Shown here in pieces: positions 38,344-51,064 of a stretch of DNA of 64,000 nt. The stretch comes from Ramazzottius varieornatus (Eukaryota; Animalia; Tardigrada), in assembly GCA_001949185.1 (NCBI GenBank), contig BDGG01000005.1, forward strand, positions 3,181,916 to 3,245,915, written 5' to 3'. The translations under genes and the position numbers were made by a program. Under the pieces are notes generated by a model. That model was not told the DNA's origin and made no database searches. It saw only the letters and a program-made list of their open reading frames with translations. Position 1 is the first letter of the stretch. Each line of letters starts with the position of its first letter.

Positions 38344-41160
38344 TCAATCGATGTTTGGTGCTGGGTTTGCCCTCCGTTTGATCGACGGATGACGGGAAAA
38401 CTGATTATAGTCGAAAGTTGTCGGTTCGAGGCTCCACCAGAGGTCATACTCGTGGCGCCGCCTTTCTCGGTGTAACCTGCAGTTACGCCTCGTAGAGTAA
38501 ACTCGACGTTACAGCAGCAGAACATTATCGACTTACACAAAACCGGCAACGGCTGCCAGGCACAAAATAACAGGGATGACACCGGCGACACTTTTCTTCA
38601 CAGCGTCACGATCTAGAAAATGCGGCGTTGGAAATGCAATCTACGGTCCTCGACCGGTAAGTAGTGTCTACCCACCAAAGCGATCGATACACAGCGTTCC
38701 GTCAAAGCCGCATACTGGGATGTCTGACGGTGGGTCGGTCCGTCCATTCCATAAATATGGGTTGTCGTCCCATTTGGTTTTTTGAGTGATGTTCCTCGTG
38801 GATCCATTGAACACCCACACCACCTGTTGGTTCACACAGTAAAATTCTGAGTTTAACGCGACTCATCTTCTGAATCGCATGAAACGTCGGCAAGTGACGC
38901 AAAACAACACGGTAATGTTGACAGCTGGTCCGTAATTACCCGATGACAGTCAAGTGTACCCGCACTCAGAATTACGGATAGCGCGATATGAACACGTCGC
39001 CACTTGTATGTTAGCGGCCTTTATCTCAGTCCGCTGGCGATAGGCCCCTGTTACTGGCATACCATTTTTACCAGCGTGCGCATGAAACCCAATAACACGC
39101 TTTCTATGAAAGTGTGGTACTCGACGACCAACCTCGAAATCATTGGATGTCGAGTTATATCGCGATAACGAGATATCACGAATTCGAAAACCGTTGCTTC
39201 CGGTCCGCACATCCCTTGAAGGTAACTTCCACAGGCGGTCGAAAGAGGCGGCGCGTATGACTGGCGGACTAGGAACTCTTCCGCCAATCCTGGCAGAGGT
39301 TTCGTTTATTAGACCGCTGAATACGTAGACTGCTTCGTAAGCCGCCATTGCCGCGTCATTTCTCTAGGGAAGAAAGGGGACTGTCAGCATGGTGCGATCG
39401 GGCCTATGCATGGTTCCGTAAGTTTGACAGGACAGCGTTAACCTGTTCGTTTCGCCCGTGGTTGTAGGTGTAGTTGTACCTGGTCCGAGCGGTGTCAGCG
39501 ATCTTCCTTAACAATTCTTCCATCGCAGACCAAGGCTTGTCCAAAAAATTGACCACAATGAGGGAGCGGTACGCCTCTCTGACGATCTGAAATATTCCGA
39601 GAGCTTACAGTCAGTTGACTGCGTGTTGTGGGCTGTGTGCTCCCCCATTTCAGTATAGTTAACTTATACGCAGGACGTAAATAGCGGTGTAATACATTCT
39701 TACCTTGTCGGAATCGGCGTCGCCCGTGGGGTCCAAAAGATCGAGGAGATAAGGCATACTGGTTGGTTCAAGGTAAATGTAGACCTCAGAGCACATGAAA
39801 TAGGTTTAGGAAAATCAGGAGATGTATGGACAGGAGTGGCGATTGTGGACATTACAGTGGGGTGGAACAGTAACTACCAAAATATCACTTACGTATTCGT
39901 CACTGGTCATATTTAGTTTATAAGCGGCGATCTTAAAAAGAGAACAACATATGTGTATAAATCATCAAACGACAGAAATAGTCGGTTAAACACCCGACAC
40001 GCTAGATTGTTTCGAATCGCCGGTTACATACCATAATATCACGCATGGCGTCTCCCCTGGTCGCAACAACGATGACTAGAACGCAGAAGATTGTTACCTG
40101 AAGCTGTTTCTCCTTTGCTGGATGCGTTGCTTACTTCTGCTGGATCTCTGTGCTCTTTCCAGAATCCCAGCATATGACTGATTAGTTGCGTTGCTCGAGT
40201 CGAAGAACTCGTATAGCAGGTGGTACTTTGGCGGGCCAAGGTATCCTTTCAGTGTGGGACACACTAAGCTGCTCAGATAGGAGCCTATGCTGGGTACCTT
40301 CGTCAAACGATCACAGAGGAAAGTCAGTGTTGTCCAAGAGAACTTTTCAAGGAATGGGACAAGGGCTATAGGCTGCCACGCAGCCGAGCCGGTAGAAGAA
40401 ACCAAAGTGGGAAACCTTCTGGTATTCCCAAGAGCTGCCGCCCCCAGCCTGCAAGTACGTGTACACTTGTCAAAGGGTCATGCAACAGAGAAAGACCAAA
40501 CACCGGTATAAACACTGTAGTATGACATGTGTTTCGTAAAAAAACCTGGGTGATGCAGTGATACTTACGTCGTCACGAGGGTAGTTTTCGTTTCTGAAAA
40601 TCAAAGTAAAGCTTGATAATGTTCAAACAGAAAGATGGAATTTCAGTGTAAGATTTCAGAAATTCACCTCTTGCGAGATCACCTAGCGGAAGAACCGACG
40701 CAGTACAACCTGCAGTGACAGAATGTCTATTTACGCATCCGAAACCCCTTTTCCTCCAAAAGGCCTTTAAACTGAACTATGACGGATAAACGTTCCGCCG
40801 CATTGCTAATGTCGGTGGCAATTTACCTGGAGTAAGAAGCACGGTCATCGTCTCATTGGTCTGTCTTACGAGCGGAAGTATCTTCCCCAATAAAACTACC
40901 ATCCTATAGCTGCTTTCCTCGCAGTCGATCACCTTGGGCTCGTAAATGTACCGGATAGTTGCATTAGCATACAACCGCGGGTATAATTCGGCTACTTCCG
41001 CGAACCCGGTATCGAAGAATGGCGCACAAGCGTAATATCCATTGTTGATATTTTCACCAACGATTACTACCAGAATATTCAGTTTGAAGCCATCGCTACG
41101 ATTCCAAAGTTCGAGCAGCACCAAAATAAGTACGATCAATGTACATGCATAGACCTCCAT
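38344..41160 (-). CDS. Natriuretic peptide receptor-like single-pass protein lacking kinase/cyclase domains, copy 4 (second subfamily)
   Basis: Signal peptide MEVYACTLIVLILVLL; LLTPGC...LGDLAR, WTTLTFLCD, NMTSDEYVYIY, AAYEAVYVF, WNGRTDPPSDIPVCGFDGTLC; TM VAGVIPVILCLAAVAGFVL; tail HRERRRHEYDLWWSL...NID, stop TGA at 38346-38344. Confidence 0.8.
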
Positions 41161-42844
41161 TATATGTCACCCCCGAAACTAAGGCGAACAGAAGGCCGTT
41201 TTGCTTCGCCGGCACACAGAATTCAGTGGTACCTTTACCCGGAAGTTTAGTTCTACCCGGTTCTGAATGCAGACTAACAGATACGCCCTCGAAAAAAAAA
41301 CGAAGCAAAGGCGTTACGCTAGTTTATCGACGGATTATACAAAAGTTCTGTCGGAAATGGCTGTCTACCGACGGAGTACGCTAAATGCACAAAGCTACCC
41401 TCACTACAGGACACCTTTAGATAAGAGCTGTAATGTAGGCTTGACGATCAAATTTCAACCGATCTCGCTAAGTGTGGTGTACTTTCATACCTTTTTTGGT
41501 TTCCGTGCCGTATTACAGTCCCTTTCAACTCAACGAACTTTCCTTAACCTATAATTATATCTCACGTTATCTATTGGTTCAACGGCGAGGTACTACGAAG
41601 CATTATCAAGGTGTGCGGACGGTTACAAAAATGTTCATTTCGATAGAAGCACTCCGAAAGTACTTCATAACGGAAGACGATGCTACACTAACTCCTAAAT
41701 ATTGATAGTTCATTGGATAGGGAGCTATTCTGCCCCTCGGGCCCGTAATGCATTCAGCTATCACCACACGCTCTAACATGTTGTCCGAAATGCCACATAC
41801 CAATTCCGACACTGAGTCTTCAACCACGATCGGGATGACTCTTGACTGATCCCGAGAGCCTGCTTAGCGTGGCACCATAAGGCAGAAGAGGAAGTTTTGC
41901 TGGGATTCGGTGATGTCATGTCACATGACGCCTTGACGTACTGACAAGACAGCCATGCTGTCTTTCCGGTCGTCGGTTGGTCAAACAACACCTCCACGCC
42001 AGCCCACTGTGGACCCCGCCCTCAAGAGCATGAATAGAGTTTTCTACGATCGATTTTTTTGTCAGTTCCCATCAGTTGTCAGCCTTGATCATGGCCTGAT
42101 GTAGCTTCTCACTCTCCATCCGTTCTATCGATTTTTCTTGTGTATACCCATAGATGGATTGGGTGGAGGAGAAATCTGGATGCTGCGTGAGATGAATGCG
42201 GAATCTTGCTTGAAGTTTCCGTCAAGGTAAGGCCGGCGCAGCAGCCTTGATTTGCTGATTCGTTGGGCTCGAAGGTGAAAATCGTCCCAGTTTATCAAAT
42301 AATCCCTTTTGATCAGCTACTATTCTCTCCCGTGGTCCTAACTGGTTCGTTTTTTTCCAGACTTGCGTCGAACGATATCGACCTGGAAATTGGAAGGAAA
42401 ACGGTTTGCAAGTCAACCTTTGGAATTTAAATGCACGTCTTTGCTGCGGTTTCAAATGTGCATCATCCCCTCCGCGCTAATCCATTCTCTCGACGTCAAC
42501 ATGCTTCCTTCCCGTCATTTTATCGACGTCGAAATCATCAAATAGCCATCTTCACTCACGTTCCTTTTTTCCACAACCTGTTTTGACTACAGAAAAAAAC
42601 AAGTGCAAGGTAGGCAAGCACAACAAAAAACAATTGCAGGTAATGTTTTGGATCAATATCCGTGGCCTCATGTGTATGCATAATGCTGCATTATCATGCG
42701 CGGTTTTACTACGAATCATCCATGACGTCATCATATTATGTCTGTCAGGTCTTCCTTACATGTCGGAACCTTCGCTGATATTGTCATTCTTCTTCCCCCA
42801 TAGGCGTATTTAGAGGTTTCTCGAGTGCGCGAAGGTCCGATTAG

Positions 42845-45800
42845 ATGCCCGAATCACCCGACACCCCAACCAATGGATCCATCGTCGGAGCTTCCGTCAC
42901 GTCCGTCCAGAAAGAGTACCAGCAAAAGTTCCTTCAACCTGGCAAAGATATTCTAGCCGCTGGCGATGCTGATCGTCAACAGCTGGAACGTCTATTGCAA
43001 CAACATGATCCTAATGTCGCCAAGAAGTTTATCCGGCGCTCTGACTGGGCGCCTAACCACGCATTCCGCGGACAACTGTGGATCAAGCTGTGCAAGCGGT
43101 TGGTGAGCGAGAACGACTGGAACCAATCCATCTCCTTGTACAGAAATACCCTACCGGACATCTACAAGACTTCCGACGGCCAAAGTGCGTGAAACCACTT
43201 CCGTCACTAGCGACAGCCAAACTTTATAGTTGAATTCTCTGTTTTAGCGGAATCCAGCCGAAGCATTCCGACTCCGATGTTCGTCGACGAAACTATGGCC
43301 AAAAGTTACTACCTGAACGAAAATGGGCGCTTTCGCTGTCGGAAAATTCTCACGATGATCGAAGTGAGGACTTTACGTTGAAGAATTCTCTCTTTGCTTA
43401 CAAGAATGATGATATCATAAATATGGAACGTTGCCTCCAATTGACTTTACAAGATCCTTTTCCCAAGCGGCGTACGCTTCCATCTAACAGCACCGACGAC
43501 GTGCGCCAGTTGGGGAAACGATCTATCTCGACAAGATCGCTTACGTAGTGGCGCACGGCTCCAGCCAATAACACTATGGCCGTGCACCACTTGGGAATGC
43601 TCTCTCATCGAGTTTTTCGGCCGACTCCCAGAAAAAGAATTTTCCTGAGATTTTTGAATTCTTATATTGTGTGAATTTTCGATTACTTTATAGACGAGTC
43701 AGCCGCAGATCACCTACGCACCCCTAATTTTCCCTGTCGCCGCTCTCTTCCTCCATTTTATTCCTGACGATGCGGAAGTTTTCGCCTGTCTGGATGCCCT
43801 GCTGCGGCCTAGAAAAGTACCGAAGAAATTCATGACCGATACGGTCCACGCTTGGAAGTCGTCTTCTCATGCGATGGCCGAACTCGTCCGACGAAGACTC
43901 GTAAGAGTAGATATTCTGTTTTTCATTCGAGTTCGAGTTTCATGTCTGCTTTCTGTTGCAGAAAGCGGTGTATAATTCATTGCTGCATTCCCTGGAAGGC
44001 CAAAAGCGCGAGGAGCTTTTCGATAGTTGGCTGAAATGGATTTTCATTGATCTCCCTTTTGAAATTGTGGTAAGGAAGGCATGTGATCATTTGATAATTT
44101 ATGGTCATCAAAATAACACGCCAAGTAATTAATGAGTGTTTTTTTACGGCAGATTCGCGTGATGGACTGCTACCTTTACGAAGGCATCAAAGTTTTATTC
44201 CGCACAGGCCTGGCTCTTCTCAAGATGTTCTACAAGTCCGTTGGTAAGCTCCTCGTTTCACTCTCCTACCCGTCTAGAATTTCACGGTCTCTGGCATATG
44301 TTTGTCACATGATCACGTTGCTCAGTGAAACCTCGAGTCAACACAAACAATGATAACCTGCTTATCTTATCGTCGCGCGCGAAAGAGTAAATAAGCTTTA
44401 TTGTCACTCTGGAAAAAGTATGATGGCGCTTCGCCAAAGTCCGTCAGACACCAGCGAAAAAGAAACTGACAAAAATAATGGAAGCAAAATTACTCGGAAA
44501 AGATTGGGGTAGTGGTGACCGGAAACGACAATATTGATAAACACGAACCAGTTGAAGCTCGGCAAACAAATTTGATCTGACCGTTTTCCTAGGGGGCGCG
44601 TCTTTTCAGTGATAGTGGCTGCCGGTGTGCGCCACTTGTGGAAACGTTCTCGTCGAATTTGATAGTATACCTTTGCCGAAGTTCCGCTTGATATTATTCT
44701 GATTTGTTGTTCTGTTATTTTGAATTCTAGGATCTCCCTATTCGATGCCGAATCTCGCACAAACCCTTCCCCGCTACTGTCAAGATTTTCACAACCACAG
44801 TTCGGCTTCCGAGCTGCTGAAAGTGGGCTTCGGCTTCACGCGCTTGTCACAAGAACAGCTGGTTCGCATGATCCAGGGGTACGAGCAAGATTTGCGCAAG
44901 TCCTCTGACAACCTGCTGACACTACCCGCTGACCGCTCTCGCGAGAAATACGACGAAGCGCGCCGAAGCATCAGCGTGCCGCTTACCACCATTCCAGCGG
45001 AGATTGTGGGCACGAGCCGCATTCTTAGCGAAGATCAGGTACGCCAGTTCATCTGTTGTCTTCTTCGAGAAAAGTGCCGGTAGGAAACCCAAAGGAGATA
45101 TCGGGAAAAAACAGCTTGAGGTTTGGTGAACGAACTCGGCCAGTTCTTTTCTTCGAGTGGCGCGCTTTGTCAGACAGAACAGCTTAATGCATGCGCCACT
45201 CGGCAGTGCCATCTGTTCGAACTTGTTTGGAGGTGAACGTTGTTAATGATGTTGGCTAGAAACATGTACCACTTTGGACAATGATCTGGCAGGGGGTAAG
45301 GAATAGCCAGAAAAGTCCCAATAAAGGTGACAGAAATTTGCAGTACAATTTTGAATTTGTGCTTTCTGAAACGAGGAAAAATAATACGCAGAGTCGCTTA
45401 CAACCAACGAGGACCAGGCCTCACAGCAAGTACTTCCTCGTAGCTCAAGTAGCTGGTCAGGGTCGTGTCACGCGTCGGTCAAGACCACACGTGCTCGCGC
45501 TCTTGATTTCTCAAATCCATTGTTCAATGTATACTCAACGGATTGTTGTTTTCTCGTCTAGTTTTACACTCTATGGCAATGGCTGCCGCTGCGTCATCGG
45601 ATTGCCGAGCCCAAGCTGATCTTCACGTCTGAAGAACACGGCACCAGTCTGCTGACGTTCTTTCAGCAAACGTCGTCGTATGAGCCCACACTACTCTTAA
45701 TCAAGACCCATAAAGATGAAGTCTTCGGAGCGTTCTGTTCTCACAGCTGGGAAAACAGATTCAACGGGGTAATTTTCTTCGTGAAATGGGACCCAGAAAA

Positions 45801-46286
45801 AGCTCAACAGAATCATTTGCTCAAGTAGCGCACCATTCCAGCTAGTAGCACGGAAAAGTGCTTCACTTGGGAAAACAATCTTGTCGGATTGTTTGCGGAC
45901 CTCCCAAATAATTTCTTTTTCTGAATTCTTGTTTGCCCAGAAAGTATTTGTTTCTGAACAAGATTTTTGAATTTTAGGGAAAGAATCTGAGTTACTTTGG
46001 GACAGGGGAAACTTTCCTGTTCACCCTCCATCCAAGGAAAGAAACCTACAGATGGATCGGCCTGGGTAAGACCGAAGCGCCGACTGCCGGTTCGTCGTTA
46101 TTCCAGACAGCGGACAGTTCGACGCTGATAGTAGGCGGTGGAGGCGGGTTCGCCATTCGCTTCGACTCGTCGCTGTCGTCCGGTCGGTCTGAGCCCTGTA
46201 CAACATTCGCCAACCCGAGTCTGGTCGGCAGTGCTGGTGGGGACTTTGACTGTACAGTGGTGGAGTCGTTTGGCTTCGTCGGATAG
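42845..46286 (+). CDS. TBC1D24: TBC1D24/skywalker (TBC Rab-GAP-like plus TLDc domains), ~8 exons
   Basis: KKFIRRSDW....FRGQLW, PQITYAPLIFPVAALFLHF, RVMDCYLYEGIKVLFRTGLA; TLDc LWQWLPLRHRI.EPKLIFTSEEHGTSLLTFF, EPTLLLIKT..EVFGAFCS..W, SYFGTGETFLF, LIVGGGGGFAI, GRSEPCTTFANPSL, VESFGF, stop 46286. Confidence 0.93.
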
Positions 46287-48807
46287 GATCAAATTGTGAT
46301 CCAGAGTGGATTTTAATACTAGTCTGTGTGAACTGTACAATGTTGTGATGGACGTTTTGTTCGGATTTTGGCTCCTTTTTGCTCGTTTTCTCTCTGTGTT
46401 TTAGCCAAAGCTTTATCTGCAGTATCTGTGGGAAACCTAGTCGGCAGTTGTTCCTGGATTTTTTTTACGCATTTTTGCTGGGATCTTTAGTTCGCGACTT
46501 TTTCGTGATATGTTTGTTTTGATCTGTGTATGGATACTTTTTTTGTGATTTTTTTGCAGCTGTGCGAGCAGCTCCTTCGGTTCCGTTATTGCTTATAATA
46601 TTGTCTCGTCATTATAACCATTCACCGGTTTTACTTGTCTTAGTTGAGTATGTGCTGCTTTTGCACAATTAGAGCAGCTTCTTTCATCGGAACACTTTTG
46701 CTGTCTTTGTGATCTGTAAACACGAGACAAACCAAAGTCCACCTTCTTCGATCGGGCTGGTAAGGTAGAAACAGTTGTGGTCGCTTATAAAATGAATTCT
46801 TGCAAATCAGCCGTTGGCAAACTGGTGGCGCGCAATGCGCCACAACTGTTTCTTTCTTACCAGCCTGATCGAATCATGTTATAACCGGGAGGTGCGCCAC
46901 TCTAAGGAGCAAGGCTTGTTGCAGCCCACTGGCGCATCTCATACTGCAAAATAACCAACCAATGCGCCACTCAAGCAGATTACATTACGGTGACGCACTT
47001 CAACTGATGTATGGCTCCCCAATTCGCCATCTGACGAGTAACCACTAGAGACTCATTTTCCCTCGATTTATTTTGTCTAAAAAATCAGTAAGTGACAGTG
47101 GATAATAAATAGAATGATTTTGATACCACGTGAGTCTCTGTACGCAAAGCGTGGACAAGGAAGAAGAGCGCAATACAACTAGAAAAGTTTCTCGAAGACC
47201 ACAGTATTGCGAAAGGAAGGTCTGAAAACTACGCCCCAAATTTTTTCCAACCTGAAATTTAATACGTATCACGACTTCACTATCGTACCAGTAAAAACCT
47301 TTGCGCAGAAGTCAAAATCAAGAGGACGTAGTTGCGTCGAACGATCCGGTGGGAGTAGTGGTGGCGTCAGAAGAAGATTCAAGCTTGAGCTTCTTGATGC
47401 GGTGGACGGCACAGCTGCTGGCGTCATCGTCCTCGTGATCTGTCTTGGAGGGAGACAGCTCTGTCTTTTGGGAAGGCAGTCTGTCGCCGGTCGAACCAGC
47501 TTCTTTTTTTAACCGGTCAATCCGCGTCTTGCACTCTCGAAAGAAATACTCCGCGTTCTCTTCCGAACACTACAAACAAAATCCAGTTGCCCCGTCAAAT
47601 CTTCCATTTGCAAGAAAAATCGTAGAAAATGGGAAAAATCAATTTATTTCTTGCTTTCTGCGGTGTGAAAAATCAAAGAAAAGTTGAGATAATCACTTGA
47701 CGAAGGCCAACTTACGGATATGAGGTATATCTTTAGGGTATTGTCGTCTGTTGAGTCGAACGCACAAAATGAGACGTTCTTTTCCGACTGCTTCTTTATG
47801 CTCATTTCCGCCCAGAATTTCGTGTTGGTGATGATACGCAGCGTTCCGGCCATTCTTATCACTGCAAATTCACCCCATCTAAAACCTCAGCCGCACCCAT
47901 TACGTCTTGGATGTGCTGCTGAACACTTACCAAGGCGGGAGTAGGTGCGATCATCAGCATCGTTCAACCGAGCTTGAGCTCTTCCTCGCTCCTTCCAGAC
48001 GTGAAGATCCTTGTCAAAAACGTGCAGCTTGACGTTCATCTGTACGAAACCTCAGGTAAGTTTTTTTTCACTCGCGTTAATTTTTACTTAAGAGTGAGCT
48101 CGGCAAACGAACTCAACCAAGTTCGTTTGCTAAGCGGCGCTTTCCAAGTGGCGCATGTTCTTGGTCAGTAAGACCGGAAACGTGCGCCACCTGGAGAAAA
48201 CAAATCTTATCGAGTTTCTGTGCCGAGCTCTCATGTGCTTACATCAAAGATGTTCTTTTCTTGTTCTTCTCCAGTCGTGACGTTAAACTCTTCGAGCTGT
48301 GGTTTGGCTTGTTTGGCATCATACTCTCTCTTGGCCGACTCTTCCAGTGTTTCTTTCTCTTCTATCGCTCCGAAGACTTCGTTTCCATCCCCATCATCTG
48401 TCTTCTCTCCTTCACCATTCTGTAAACTCTTCGCTGTCGACTCAGTCTTACTCGAAAAGTCGAGTAAAGCTTGAGATGACGAAGGTTTCGTAGAAAATCC
48501 TGCCGGAACTATGGGAGCTTGTTTCAGGGCTTGAGCAAAAAGGAAACCGGACGGCGCGGACGAATTACCAGCTGCGAGACTCCCAAACCCGGCAGACGGT
48601 ATAGAAGCAGTGATGCCGAAACCACCGAATCCCGGACCAATAGGATTCGAGGCGTTCTGTAATAAGATAAGAATTCCAAAAAATATATCGTCCGAATAAA
48701 ACAATTATGGGAACTAGGTCAGCATATTCGACCATTATTAGACCACTGCTCAAAGTGGCGCACCTCTCTGAGCAATAAGACTGAAAACGTGCGCCACTTG
48801 GAAAACC
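43461..48807. repeat. Dispersed intronic/intergenic inverted motif pair (TTCCA)AGTGGCGCA-N26/27-TGCGCCACT(TGG)
   Basis: Units at ~43465-43515, 43547-43594, 44591-44643, 45156-45200, 45823-45873, 46929-46971, 48141-48200 and 48753-48805. Confidence 0.85.
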
Positions 48808-50929
48808 ATCCGCACGAATTTGTCAGCCGACCTCAAACTCAAAAGCTATTTTCAAGTTTCTTACGGCAACTCTTGAGCTAAGGTTTTGTCCGAAGACGAA
48901 GGAGGAAGGTTCGGAAGCGTCACTGCTCTTCCCCGGATCATCTTTGACTTCAGCTACGGAAGTTTCAGGGGTGTCACTGACGATATTCTGCTCGTCCGAT
49001 TCATCGGTCTTCTTCTCTTCGACTGACTTCCGGTCGATGAACTGCCAAGTGTCTATCTCTGGACTTGACTCTTCCTCTTGCCTCTTCGCAGGTTGCATTG
49101 CCAATACTTCGATAGCTTTCTTTTCCGACGTCAGGAAAGGACTTCCCTCGCAGCAGGTATTCAAGCAGGACCAATCCGGACCACGATCGCTCGTTTCCAT
49201 CACCAACTTCTTCCAGTGTTCGTGCGTCTCGTAGAGGACCTTCAGCGCCACATCTCTTCCTTTCGCCTGACCGTCAAAAGCTATTGTGTTTGGTGGCTTT
49301 CCGTCCGGAATCTTGTAGTACCGAAACCAGTCCACGGATTCTTGGATTAAACCTGGCATCTCCTTCTCTACATCGTCGATATCTGCAAGGAGAAGCCCAT
49401 TCAGTTGATTGGGTAACTTGATTAAATCAAAATCACAGAATTTCCCCCGTCCGTAAATAACCCCCGTGTGCACAAGAATTAAACGTCCTGACACCGCTGC
49501 GCTAGTAATAAATATGGTGAGCCGCGCGACGAAAAAGTCCACAGTACTTTTACAGCGGGTACATGCGCGGTGAAATACTTTCTCTGCGCGTCCACTCGCG
49601 GGTATACGGGCGCAGAAACTAGTTTTTCCGCGCATCCATGCGCGGCTTAACTGTTTCTCCGCGCGTGGACGCGGAACAAACTAACTTTATCCGCGGGTAC
49701 ATGCGCGGNNNNNNNNNNNNNNNNNNNNNNNNNNNNNNNNNNNNNNNNNNNNNNNNNNGCGGGTGGAACGCGGATAAAGTATTTCCCCGCGCATGGAGTT
49801 TCTTCGCACATCCACGCGCGGGTAAAACCTATTTATCCGCGCAGCTAAAGTCGAGTATTTCCGCGCGTACGCCTGCGGATAAAGACATTTCACCGCGCGT
49901 GCATGCGCGGATAAAGTCAGTTAATCCGCGCATCCATGCGCGGAAAAACTAGTTCCTCCGCCCGTACACTCGTGGTGAAACTCTCGTCATAGCCCACGGG
50001 TGGATGCGCGGAAAAAGTATTTCACCGCGCATGCACCCGCGGTAAAAGTACTGTGGACTTTTGAATCGCCCGGCTCACCATAAATAAGACTGCAGTGAAT
50101 TTATACCTGCCAACACGGGGTAATAATGTCCTAAGATTTCGAAAAACATTCATACCGTTCAGCGTTGCAGCCAAAGGATCATGAACGTCTATCACGATGA
50201 CTTTCCAGTCCGTTTCACCTTCGTCGCACAACGCAATGACACCTAGAGGTTTCACTTGCAAGACATCGCCTCTCTCGGCTATCCGATGACCAATTTCACA
50301 GACATCCAAGGGATCGCGGTCGCCTTTACAGCCCGTTTCCGGAGAGACATGCTCGGGATCTTCCCACGTCTGGGGAAAAGCGCCGTAGTTCCAGATGTAG
50401 CCCTTGTGCGGGAAAACGTTATGGACAAAGCGTGGCTTGTTCTTCTTGCTGTCTTGCTTGATGGGATTCAGAGGTTCATCGCGGCTAATTTCCATCTTGG
50501 CGTTGGTCCATCGAGGAATTTCAACAACCATGTTGAATATGCCAGTGTTGGCGTTGGCCTCCACCGCTTTACCGTCCTTGTCCACGAAGAGAGGGATGTC
50601 ATGGAAGGGAGAAATGGGCATCTGGTCTTGCATAAGGAACAACCGATAGTCTTCATGGTATAGTCCACCAAACTCTGCCTTCTGATATTGTGCCATGGCC
50701 AAGCTGGATAAATCACGCACGCTTCTGTTGATTGTTGACGGCACAACTGATCTTAGATGTGCGATTCCACTCAGAAGTTGATCAGAACGTGCTCGCGCCC
50801 GCCTTACAGGCTCTGGATCGGAATGCCTTTTCGCTTCCACGAGTAAAGCTGAATTGAAAGATACCCCCAATAACCAGTAGTTAAAATACACCAGTCCCTA
50901 CGTTTGGGAACGGCAAGAAGGAAGATCAT
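47318..50929 (-). CDS. PPA/RANBP3: Fusion gene: family I inorganic pyrophosphatase followed by RanBP3-like FG region and Ran-binding domain; exons 50929-50902, 50848-50156, 49382-48865, 48656-48243, 48039-47931, 47861-47716, 47569-47318
   Basis: PPase: [66 protein letters not shown]. Same exon continues without a stop to [13 protein letters not shown]. Later exons: FG repeats, [20 protein letters not shown]...[30 protein letters not shown]. All splice phases are compatible. Confidence 0.85.
49514..50082. mobile_element. Foldback/MITE-like insertion with internal CCGCGC...GCGCGG repeats in the PPase intron (contains an assembly gap)
   Basis: ATGGTGAGCCG...AAAAGTCCACAGTACTTTTAC mirrored by GTAAAAGTACTGTGGACTTTT...CGGCTCACCAT; many ~35-40-bp palindromic sub-units. 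Confidence 0.75.
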
Positions 50930-51064
50930 GGATGGAGACAATCCGAGTTGTGAAATTAAAGTGTCTTGCTACCACACGGCCTGCCACAAAGCGTGACCTG
51001 CAGTGGCAAGCCGAACGTGCAACAAAGACCGTCAACGGCTTTTCTTGCTGCCTGACCGCTCCAT

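Noticed and set aside
49514-50082. CRISPR-like array of palindromic units
   Set aside because: Eukaryotic intron, degenerate units, no unique equal-length spacers and no cas genes; explained as foldback element sub-repeats.
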